The notes below the pieces were generated by a model. It was not told where the DNA came from. It did not search any database and was given only the letters and a program-made list of their open reading frames with translations. The position numbers and the translations under genes are program-made. Below are positions 54,379 to 64,000 of a DNA stretch of 64,000 bases, one piece after another. The DNA is from Octopus bimaculoides (lineage: Eukaryota), in the NCBI RefSeq assembly GCF_001194135.2, contig NC_068982.1, positions 113,365,690 to 113,429,689 on the forward strand, given 5' to 3'. Numbering within the stretch: position 1 is the stretch's first letter; every line of letters starts with the position of its first letter.

Positions 54379-54530
54379 AACACGAGTTAGGAAAAGAAAA
54401 AATGGTCAATGGTCACGTGGGGTCCACGAGAGAGCAAAGGAAGAAAAGTGAGGTTGAGAGGGTAACAGATAGAGAATGGCGAAAAGGAGAGGAAAAATTA
54501 GAGAAAGGACAAGAGAAAGGAAGTAAGAAC
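53600..54530. repeat. Second copy of the 9893-10672 repeat family, blocks in permuted order, interrupted by a gap
   Basis: Shares all four blocks with 9893-10672; includes (GAAA)n at 54338-54380; minus strand GACAACTGATGAAGGGG. Confidence 0.6.
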
Positions 54531-55369
54531 GAAATCGCTAGTGTTCTGCAGATAGTGTTCAAGATTGATAGCTGTTAGTAAATACTTTACTCACCTTATC
54601 CATAAATTTAAAGTCTTACAACATTGAGGTAAGTCTGCTGGAATGTCAAATTTGTCCGGTCACGATATCTTGCCAGACTGATTCAGTGATTGATTACTTT
54701 AAATTGATCAAGGTATTTTGATACAGAAAGTTCTGGATAATATACTTTTAATCAATTTAAAAGAGACAATCATCGTTAGTAGCTGCGGCTGAAGCGGTAC
54801 TGGTAAAAGGTATCATGGGCATAACTATTTCAATAAATAAGCAACAGCTATAATGACATCAATGATAACATCATTCTCATGATAGTTTCTTCCAAGTTAA
54901 AAATGTAGCTGTTACTAATGTCACTAGCAACCACTCCATCCATCTAAGCTTACGAAAGAGCGTCTACGTAATCTTGAACCAGCTACAAATAGGTATAATC
55001 TTTCTTTCAACTCACTCCCTACCGTTTTGTAGACATAGAAGATATATTAGTTAATGCCGTGTGCTGCATGGGCGTAAGCGATGGATTGACCATGGTTGAA
55101 ATAATCTTGATCCTAGACCTTCTCAATCAGGACACGCCGTGAGCTAAACAGATTTAGACAAATGAAATTGACCTAGAACTTCATTATTACAAGCATTTGA
55201 AAAATGATAAAACAAAACTAATAAAAAATTACGAAAAAGTTATTTATAAACTGGATTAAACTAGAACAGTGTCAAGTGTCCACTATATATGCAAGAAAAT
55301 ATTGTTCACCACACACATACATGCACGTACGTGTGTATTATATGTACATATGTTTCTATACATGCATGG

Positions 55370-55402
<33 letters not shown>

Positions 55403-55403
55403 T

Positions 55404-55434
<31 letters not shown>

Positions 55435-56301
55435 CACTGCTTAATCTGCCTCTCTATCCATATAAGCGTCTGTCTATATATACATGTATATATCTGTGTA
55501 TGTGTATGAGTATATATGTATATATATCTATAAACATAATTAAGGGATCAGCAACAGTTGCTTCACCACATACCGAAGTTCAGAAATAGCAGCTAAAGCG
55601 CTAAAACTCCAACAGATAGCAATACTTGTATGTATATAAATTGAAGTGGTAAATCGACCGTTAGTATTACTTTGTACAACAATGTATATTGTTCCCTTCA
55701 AAAATCAATAGTACGATATCTTCCAGCAAAGATCAACGAAAGAAATATGAATCTCATAAAATACTTTAAATATTTCCAGCGTGTTTTTTTATTGCTATCA
55801 CTAAAAGATTGTATGGATGAAATAAACTAGCTAAAATATGACTTCAATAATCTGTAATGTCTTAACATAAAGCTAGATGATTATTTCTTGAAATGCTCTT
55901 AATTTATACGACCTTATTTTATAGCACCAAAATAATACGATTTCATCTATTATTCGTGTTATCATATATTTCGTTAGAAATATAGGTCCGGAATTTGGGG
56001 CGCGATCTTGCCATCATATTCACGATATAGCGTGCTGATAAACACGAGACGTTTTGTTATCTGGCTAGATTTTGTGCCACTTTGATAATTAACAACAGCG
56101 GGATCTATTTTTATTTTAGTGCTTTAAATAAAGATGTCACGAATGACATTGACACTAATAGTTCCGATAGATTAGCGTTGGTTACTGGAATTTATATTTT
56201 TTCTACTCATATTTAGCAGTATCAGTTTTAGTACATAATTTTATATTTCACTATCTATACCAATTTCATTGAAATCGTGAAATCATCAGATACGTATTTT
56301 A

Positions 56302-56450
56302 TCTTTTGCTTGTTTCAGTCATTGGACTACTGTCGCGTTGGAGCACCGCCTTGAAGCTTTACTCGCACAAATCGTCCCCTCCCCGTTCCTATTCTATCGG
56401 GTTCTTTTGCCGAAATGCTATATGACGTAGACATAAACAAACAACTGTCA
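56302..56450 (-). mobile_element. Family B SINE 3' relic
   Basis: TGTTTCAGTCATTGGACT..GGAGCACCGCCTT..TATTCTATCGG..CTTTTGCCGAA matches 47205-47330. Confidence 0.75.
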
Positions 56451-56824
56451 GATAATGAACAAGCAAAAAGACAAAGACGTACATACATAGGGGTTTGGTG
56501 AACGCGACTGATATATATATATATATATATATTCGGGTACAAAGCAGTAATAAGCAAAGAAACAACAAAGGAATAAACGATTATCTTATGAACTTATGTA
56601 TATATATATATATTTATGTATGTACGTATGTATGTATTTATATAGTTATGGTATATTCTGTTAAGAATGTTGTAGACTACAGTATAAAGATTTACCCTGT
56701 GCTAACCAATAGTAATATTATACATACTTCCAGGTTTGCGTTTGGGCATATTTAGTGTGTGAACAGATAATTGAAAACATTAGAGTCAACAAGAAGAACT
56801 AGGGTTGAAGATTTATTTTTTAAT

Positions 56825-56862
56825 CACTACAATTGTTTCCACGCAACGTAGTTCTCCAGGTG
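56825..56862 (-). ncRNA. Degenerate type-I hammerhead-like motif
   Basis: Minus strand CAC-CTGGAGA-AC-TACG-TTG-CGTG-GAA-ACAATTGT-A-GTG; palindromic stem III; core A6 mutated to G. Confidence 0.4.
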
Positions 56863-57144
56863 TGCAGGTACTTGATTATGCAACTGTTTCTCTGCATTAT
56901 GAGATCTAGTTGTGTTTCCTCAGGCGATATGTAAATACTGTCTCCGTGAGTTGAAAATCTTCGGCTTCAAGAACATCTTGTATGTCTGCCGTGGCCTGAA
57001 AAGTAGTAGTCATACATACATACATACATACATACATACATACATGCATGCATGCATGCATACATACATACATACATACATAGATGCATACACGCTGGGC
57101 TTCTCGCTTTATATAAATTATATAATAATATCAATACCAGTTAA

Positions 57145-58369
57145 TAAGGGATTGGCCAAAATGTCCGATCGGGTTTTGCCGACACTAAACGTTAAGCACT
57201 AACAGTCTGCTCCTTGTGCACGCGTACTCGTTTCATATTTGGCACGTGAACGTAGTTTAGCTCAAACTTGTAGCGAGACAGGTTGTATTTTGCATCTTGG
57301 GATCACCTTGAAAATGGGAAACCAAAACGAACATTATTGGCACCTAATATTTTACTTTTATTTTAAAAAGCGCAAGAAAGCGGCAAAACTTTATGAAGAT
57401 ATGCGCTGAGTACAGAGAGGATGCTGTTATGGAATGTGTGTGCCAGAAGTGACTTTAAAGATATCTATTGGAGAATTTTGGGTTCAAGATGCTCCTTGCT
57501 CTGGTTGGCCAACTGAAATTAACAGTGACACTAACCCCTATTGTATAACCAGGATGATTGCAGATATTCCTCAAAAATCCAAGTCGAGTATTGAAAACCA
57601 TTTGCATGAACTTCGTTGCGTCAGCAGATTCGACGTTTGAGCCTCAAATCAACCGAGCGAGATTAAACTTGCCCAATGGGTTCTTATCTACGGTTTGTTG
57701 CAGAAATGTGAAGATAACGTCCCTTTTTGAGAAGAACGGTGACATGGAGAGAAAAATGGACCTTCTATGATAATGTGAATCGTAAATGATCGTGAGGGAA
57801 GTGCGGAGAACGACCACCAACTATCTTTGCAGTAAGGGTTCACCTGAAGAAGATTATACTTTAAATTTGGTGGTATTGGAAATGTGTAGTCTTTTACCAG
57901 CTTCTTTCCACAGAAAGTCCATGAGTTAGGACAAAGTAAACGGAGCGATCCATCAGAAGCGTCCGGCACTAGCTAATCGTAAGATCATTATCTTTCCTCA
58001 CGACAGACTGCACACTTTTTTGCAGATGCGTCTAGAGTTACAAGGAAAGATTTGCCGGACCCTCGTAATTCGCCCGACTTTTCCACCTTCAGATTTCCAT
58101 CTGGTCTGGTCTCTTCAAAATTCATCGAACGAAAGGACTGACCTTCAACTCTGAAGAGGATGTAACAATTTCATATGCAAGATTGTTTCCGCAGAAAGCA
58201 GAAAACATACGAGATTCTTTGAGAAGAGAATAATGGATCTGCCCACGAAATGGTAGAATATACTGGAATGAAAGAGTATTTATATCATTGATTGTATAAA
58301 TCGCTTTCTGTTTAAAACTTATGTCTTATTTTTGCTTTAAAAACCGAAGGAACTTTCTGGCCAACCTAA
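57145..58369 (+). mobile_element. Near full-length dead mariner (Tc1/mariner) transposon with both TIRs; transposase pseudogene from 57314
   Basis: 5' TIR TAAGGGATTGGCCAAAATGTCCGATCGGGTTTT (57145-57177) versus reverse complement of the 3' TIR TTAGGTTGGCCAGAAAGTTCCTTCGGTTTT (58340-58369). Relics MGNQNEHY.HL, QDAPCSGWPTEINSD, FDV* (WVPH), VT..EKWTFYDN, SPD..PSDFHL..SLQNS. Confidence 0.92.
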
Positions 58370-58871
58370 CAGATATCATATATAAACTTATGATCTGTAT
58401 CTTTTATTTTTAATATTGAAGAAATCTTTTATTTTTTTTATTTTGAATAGATTTTTATATGATTGTACATAGTATTAGCTTCATTTCCTTGCCAGTACTG
58501 GATGACTAGAATTTACTTTCAAAGTGAAACGGAGATAAGAATAAAATACTTCAAAAAAAGAATTAATAAGAGTAGACAGTAAAAAATAGAAAATATATTT
58601 GACTTCTTAACCGAGCAGAGTTTCTGTAGGATTTTTTTAATGATAAATTGATTATATACTCCATTTAAATTTATCACTTTTTCGTGCATAACGTGGCGGG
58701 GGGACGAGCTTAATACAAAACATTCAATCAAAATTGGTTGGTAGCTATATACAAGTGTGTGAAACAATAAAAGAGAAGAGGATAAAATATATTACGAAAA
58801 GTAATTTGCTAAGGTTATTTCTACAGATATTCTATAGAAATTATAGCCAGCATTGACTTTTGCTTCTACGT

Positions 58872-59343
58872 TTCGTATCCGAGACGTCAGATGTAAACAA
58901 ACAATGAGATCGAAGATGAAAATGGGTAATGGGCGTATATGCTATATTTTAGGGGGTTTTGCCCCTTCGTTAGCACCCATATAATTCATTAATCATCCTC
59001 GAACATATTACTTAAATAGCAACTATATATAGCAGTGTAAAGTATATTAAAATATACTTTAATATAGTATATTATGGTTGCCTAACGAAATACTGCATAC
59101 CTACAAATCATTTGTATTTACGTACCAACTTCCAGAAATGATTTTAATATGTAAATTGGTATTTCGAATCACTTTACACCGCTATGTGTGGTGGCTATTT
59201 AAGTAATGTGTTCGAGGATAATTAATGGGTTAGATGGGTACTGGTGAAGGGGCAAAAATCCCCGAAATATAGCATATACGCTCATTACCCATTTTTCATA
59301 TTCGATCTCATTGTTTGTTTACATCTTATGTATCGTATACGAA
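58872..59343. mobile_element. MITE-like / foldback element with ~170-bp inverted arms
   Basis: Left arm 58872-59043 is the reverse complement of right arm 59171-59343; about 21 differences over the ~155-bp core by my count; ~127-bp AT-rich spacer; no ORF. Confidence 0.9.
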
Positions 59344-59379
59344 GCTGGATACCACTACAGCTTCAAATACGACTCCCTC

Positions 59380-59636
59380 AGCCTCGCAGTTTTCCCCACT
59401 GGACAATCATTGTACTCCCTGCATGAGCAACCGGCCTCTGTTGGCGTTTTATGGACAAGTTCAGATATTAATCGGGTCAGCCGGAACTGCCTTTGAGCGG
59501 CGCCTGTACAACCACAGGTCCTCTTTTAGGGTTCCAGAAAGACATTCCGTCACGCTCCTGGCCAGCTACATGTGACGCCTTAAGAATGAAGGAATCCCAT
59601 ACGAATTAAATCGAGTATCATAGAGCAGCCAGAGTC

Positions 59637-59640
<4 letters not shown>
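59380..59640 (+). mobile_element. Penelope-like GIY-YIG endonuclease fragment of a second subtype
   Basis: SPLDNHC...ILIGSAGTAFERRLYNHRSSFR..SVTLLASYM*RLKNEGIPYE resembles CPL..C...YIG....FK.R..NH..SF......T.L..H.W.LK. Confidence 0.7.
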
Positions 59641-59668
<28 letters not shown>

Positions 59669-60710
59669 GAAGATACGTTTCATTGGGGAGCAAAATGATT
59701 TCCTACTTAAATATTGTGTGTGCTCATCTCAGAATTAAGTAATTGTAAACTAGAACCAACTTTTCAATTATCTGCCGTTTGAAATACTTGTGGGCATAAT
59801 GAAAATTAAAAAACTTAACTAGAATTATGGAAGAAGGGCTTCTTTCCAAGCAGCACAAACAGTAGCTTTATCAGGGAAAGAAAGGCTATCGTAAACAGAT
59901 TTGATATCCAGAAATTTCCGTAGATTACGGTGGTATTTATACTGCAATGAAAGTATTACACAGCTTGTGGTAAAAATCAAGAACAGAAAGAGATAGCAAA
60001 AGTGCCACCAACAAGTCAACAACCTATTGCAGTCAATTTGTAAACAAATATAGTGTTAAGAAGAGATAATTTCAAATAAACTAAATAACGTTTGAGATGT
60101 TGGATAACATAATTTATATAACTTTTTTTTTTTTTATTAAATCCTTCCAAGATATCTATTTCCTTTCACGCATTCAAGATCGGGTGATAATTCGGCACCT
60201 GTTGGTATTTCAGCATTTCTATACAGAAATTGAAGAATAAAAGCATATTTTTCCGTGTATCAGTAAATTTTACTAGTTGGACCCTTTATATAATCATTGT
60301 ATCTCTAACAATATTTCCAGGAGTTCTACGAGTATTGGAATGTTATATGAATACCTGGTTTCATACAAATCATCATAGAAAGAGACCAAATCTTCTTTAT
60401 TGAATTACTCACGTACTCAAGGTAAACAGTCATCCTTTATATTTTTTTTTCGTTATTCTTTCAATCTTTTTTACTGTGTCAAAACTCCATTAACATTTGA
60501 ATTTTGATTACTATGTTATGTAACAGCTAAGATGGCGAATAGTCAGAATCATTACAGCATCGACTAGAACATCTTGCGTTATTTATTCTGGCTCTCTGAT
60601 CTCTGAATAAAATCTTGCCGATGTCGATTTTGGGTTTTATACTTTCGCGGACGATAAATATAATATTCCAGTAGAGGAACGATACTCATTTTATCGCTGA
60701 TTAGGGATAC

Positions 60711-60827
<117 letters not shown>

Positions 60828-61330
60828 NNNNNNNNNNNNNNNNNNNNNNNNNNNNNNNNNNNNNNNNNNNNNNNNNNNNNNNNNNNNNNNNNNNNNNNNN
60901 NNNNNNNNNNNNNNNNNNNNNNNNNNNNNNNNNNNNNNNNNNNNNNNNNNNNNNNNNNNNNNNNNNNNNNNNNNNNNNNNNNNNNNNNNNNNNNNNNNNN
61001 NNNNNNNNNNNNNNNNNNNNNNNNNNNNNNNNNNNNNNNNNNNNNNNNNNNNNNNNNNNNNNNNNNNNNNNNNNNNNNNNNNNNNNNNNNNNNNNNNNNN
61101 NNNNNNNNNNNNNNNNNNNNNNNNNNNNNNNNNNNNNNNNNNNNNNNNNNNNNNNNNNNNNNNNNNNNNNNNNNNNNNNNNNNNNNNNNNNNNNNNNNNN
61201 NNNNNNNNNNNNNNNNNNNNNNNNNNNNNNNNNNNNNNNNNNNNNNNNNNNNNNNNNNNNNNNNNNNNNNNNNNNNNNNNNNNNNNNNNNNNNNNNNNNN
61301 NNNNNNNNNNNNNNNNNNNNNNNNNNNNNN

Positions 61331-61375
<45 letters not shown>

Positions 61376-62138
61376 TACATACATATATATATACATACAT
61401 ATATATATACATATATACATATATATATATCGAGCTATTTCTCTATCAATCATCACTATTTACATATCTGACTCCCCTCCCTCTCCCTCGCTCAGATACA
61501 CAGTCCGTCGTTTTTTTATGGATTGCAATTTTAAAAATTCAACCTTGTCACTTTGCTACGCGTTAATTTATCTAAGAATTGTGTAAGGGTAGATACACGT
61601 TAATTTTGTGAATAGGAATTCAGATGGTCAAACAGCTGACTGCTCATCGTCAAAACCGACGAAGAATCCACAACCTTCGATTGTTGCTTATAATGTTTTA
61701 TGAATACTCGTATCACTCAACTGTTGTTTGTTCAGATCCATACCGTGCAAATATTTTTCTCCAGTGCATAGATAAAATAAGTTCTTTTACGCGTATTTTC
61801 CTTCTTTCCTATAGATGAATTTTAAAAAATATCATGTAAATTACGTTGTCGTTTATGAGCTTGGTAATAGTGGAAGAACCAGGAACTTTAATTTTGTCCA
61901 TAAATTTTAATATATAATATCTCAAATGTTCTATGGAGATTACAACATTGTATCTCACATATTTACAACCATCTTAACTTTTTAAGATGTTCGCAAGTAT
62001 ATATACACATGTGTGTGTATACTTGCGTGAATGTGTGTGCGTATGTGTGTGTATGTGTACATACATATACATACATATATACAAATATAAAAAGCATATA
62101 TATCTATGTGTGTATATTCACACAAGCATATATATGTA

Positions 62139-62173
<35 letters not shown>

Positions 62174-62925
62174 NNNNNNNNNNNNNNNNNNNNNNNNNNN
62201 NNNNNNNNNNNNNNNNNNNNNNNNNNNNNNNNNNNNNNNNNNNNNNNNNNNNNNNNNNNNNNNNNNNNNNNNNNNNNNNNNNNNNNNNNNNNNNNNNNNN
62301 NNNNNNNNNNNNNNNNNNNNNNNNNNNNNNNNNNNNNNNNNNNNNNNNNNNNNNNNNNNNNNNNNNNNNNNNNNNNNNNNNNNNNNNNNNNNNNNNNNNN
62401 NNNNNNNNNNNNNNNNNNNNNNNNNNNNNNNNNNNNNNNNNNNNNNNNNNNNNNNACATAAACACTATTCCACGATTTTGTGACAGCTTTTTGAATCTTT
62501 CATGCATTTTCTATTAAATCATAAAATTATCATTAATAGTTTTCTAGAATTTTATTGCTAATATCTGTCCAGATTTTGGACAGCTAAACTCCAACAGTTT
62601 GAGTTTAGCAGTTACCTTTCACGCCAATAATTTGAAATCTCTTCATTTTAAAATGAAAACACAGATTTTCATGAGCTCCTAGAATTTACTTATCTTCATT
62701 ATATATTTTTTACTTTGAATTATTCCAAATTTCTTAATTTTTTATTTATTTTCGTTCGTGAAATTTCTCAATACAGTTTCTTACTGCTTGAGGAAGACCA
62801 CTATTTTGAAAACCACTTTTACCGCTAATTCGGTTATTCACGTATGCTATGGAACAATGGCCACGCTTGTTTATTCAATGATTTCTTAATTTATAACATT
62901 CTTCTTGCATTATTTATAATTCTAA

Positions 62926-63143
62926 GGCGGCGAACTGGCAGAAACGTTAGCACGCCAGGCGAAATGCTTAGCGGTATTTCGTCTGTCTTTACGCTCTGGG
63001 TTCAAATTCCGCCGAGGTCGACTTCGCCTTTCGGGGTCGTTAAATTAAGTACTTGTTGGGTATTGGGGTCGATCTAATCGACTGTCCCCCTCCCCAAAAT
63101 TGTCTAGGCCTTGTGCCAAGAGTAGAAAAGATTAGTTATAATT
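62926..63143 (+). mobile_element. Family A SINE (first of three tandem copies)
   Basis: GGCGGCGAACTGGCAGAAACGTTAGCACG..GGGTTCAAATTCCGCCGAGGTCGAC..GGCCTTGTGCC..AGTAGAAAAGATTA. Confidence 0.9.
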
Positions 63144-63147
63144 CTGA

Positions 63148-63345
63148 AAGCGACGGGCTAGCACAATCATTACCACGCCAGACAAAATGCTTTGCAGCAT
63201 GTATTCCGGTTCTTAACATTCTAAGTTCAAGTGCTGCTGAGATCGATTTTGCCTTCATCCTTTTAGGATTGAGCACTGAGGTCGATGTAATCGGCCTGAC
63301 CCATAAAACTTTGAGGCCTTGTGCCTATACTGGAAATCAGTATTA
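63148..63345 (+). mobile_element. Older family A SINE (second tandem copy)
   Basis: AAGTTCAAGTGCTGCTGAGATCGATTTTGCCTTCATCC..GTCGATGTAATCGG..GGCCTTGTGCCTATA. Confidence 0.8.
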
Positions 63346-63348
63346 AAA

Positions 63349-63450
63349 GGCGACGAGCTGACAGTCGTTAGCAGTTCGAACAAAATGCATTTCTTCCGTC
63401 TCATTACGTTGCGAGTTCAAATACCACCGAGTGGGATCTAGTCTTTCTCA
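63349..63450 (+). mobile_element. Family A SINE 5' half (third tandem copy)
   Basis: GGCGACGAGCTGACAGTCGTTAGCA..GAGTTCAAATACCACCGAG. Confidence 0.75.
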
Positions 63451-63589
63451 TTCACAAAATGATCCCCCCTTAATTTTGCTCACATCGCTTTCAATTTTGG
63501 TGTATCGATGCAACTCTGAATTTTGATCACGATCTCGTAAATTAAAGAATCTGATGTTATTTGGCATTAAAGTTAGGAAATTTGGGCAA

Positions 63590-63730
63590 TTTTAGCCAAT
63601 CAAAAGACAGCGTGGCATTAGCAGCTTGTTACCATGACAACCACACGCTGCACTGGGGTTCACTGTTGTCTGTTCTGCTATTGTCTGTATTGATTTTTCA
63701 CACTTAATTCTTCACACCACGGACAAATTC
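63590..63730 (+). promoter_or_regulatory. Candidate promoter: NF-Y CCAAT box plus RFX X-box
   Basis: AGCCAATCA at 63594-63602; GTTACCATGACAAC at 63628-63641 fits the X-box consensus GTHNYY-AT-RRNAAC; non-repetitive, locally GC/CpG-elevated. Confidence 0.4.
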
Positions 63731-64000
63731 TTTTCAGCCGCATGTTTTGTTTTAATTTTTCTGTGTTAATATATTACATATTTTTCTGTGTTTTTTTTTT
63801 CTGTGTGTTAGTATTTTAAATATTAAGTTGGCCCCCGACTTGGTTGGCTATCTACACCTGTTTATATCCAGCACAAACTTGTACGAAGTACAGACGTCTG
63901 CGTGTTGTTTAATAAACATCTCAAGAAAAGCAGCTTTCTTATATTCAATAAGCTTGTGACACCCTGGTGGTACATATCATTGTGGCAAACGTAAAACCGC

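Noticed and set aside
54585-54640. Strong splice-donor matches on both strands (AAG|GTGAGT minus, GAG|GTAAGT plus)
   Set aside because: No convincing exon reading frame or partner exons; such matches are expected by chance in 64 kb.
60405-60560. YY1-like AAGATGGCG and a minus-strand GTGAGT donor
   Set aside because: The ATG opens only an 11-codon ORF; single motifs with no supporting context.

Overview
This is AT-rich eukaryotic non-coding DNA (intergenic, or a very large intron) from a draft short-read assembly. There are 15 N-gaps, most of them flanked by (TA)n or (CA)n microsatellites. The SINE families, microsatellite density and LINE spectrum resemble what I recall of Octopus/coleoid cephalopod genomes; this is an inference. 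I cannot support any intact host protein-coding gene, rRNA, true tRNA or CRISPR array. All long ORFs in the supplied track are read-through of N-gaps or simple repeats. The recognisable content is decayed mobile DNA. LINE relics: a 1.6-kb RTE 3' fragment ending in three C2H2 zinc-finger relics, an older RTE fragment, a CR1/L2-type RT relic, and four R4/Dong-type restriction-like-endonuclease 3' fragments, two of them embedded in (CATA)n repeats. Penelope-like relics: three fragments, plus several degenerate type-I hammerhead ribozyme motifs. DNA elements: a near full-length dead mariner with both TIRs and a ~470-bp MITE-like foldback element. SINEs: many tRNA-derived copies from about three families. 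A possible promoter (CCAAT plus RFX X-box) lies near the right end. The most interesting leads are the multi-zinc-finger RTE, the (CATA)n-targeting Dong/R4 family, a Penelope 3' end fused to a tRNA-like Pol III head, a circularly permuted ~0.8-kb repeat, and the hammerhead relics. None is demonstrated to be a functional novel system.
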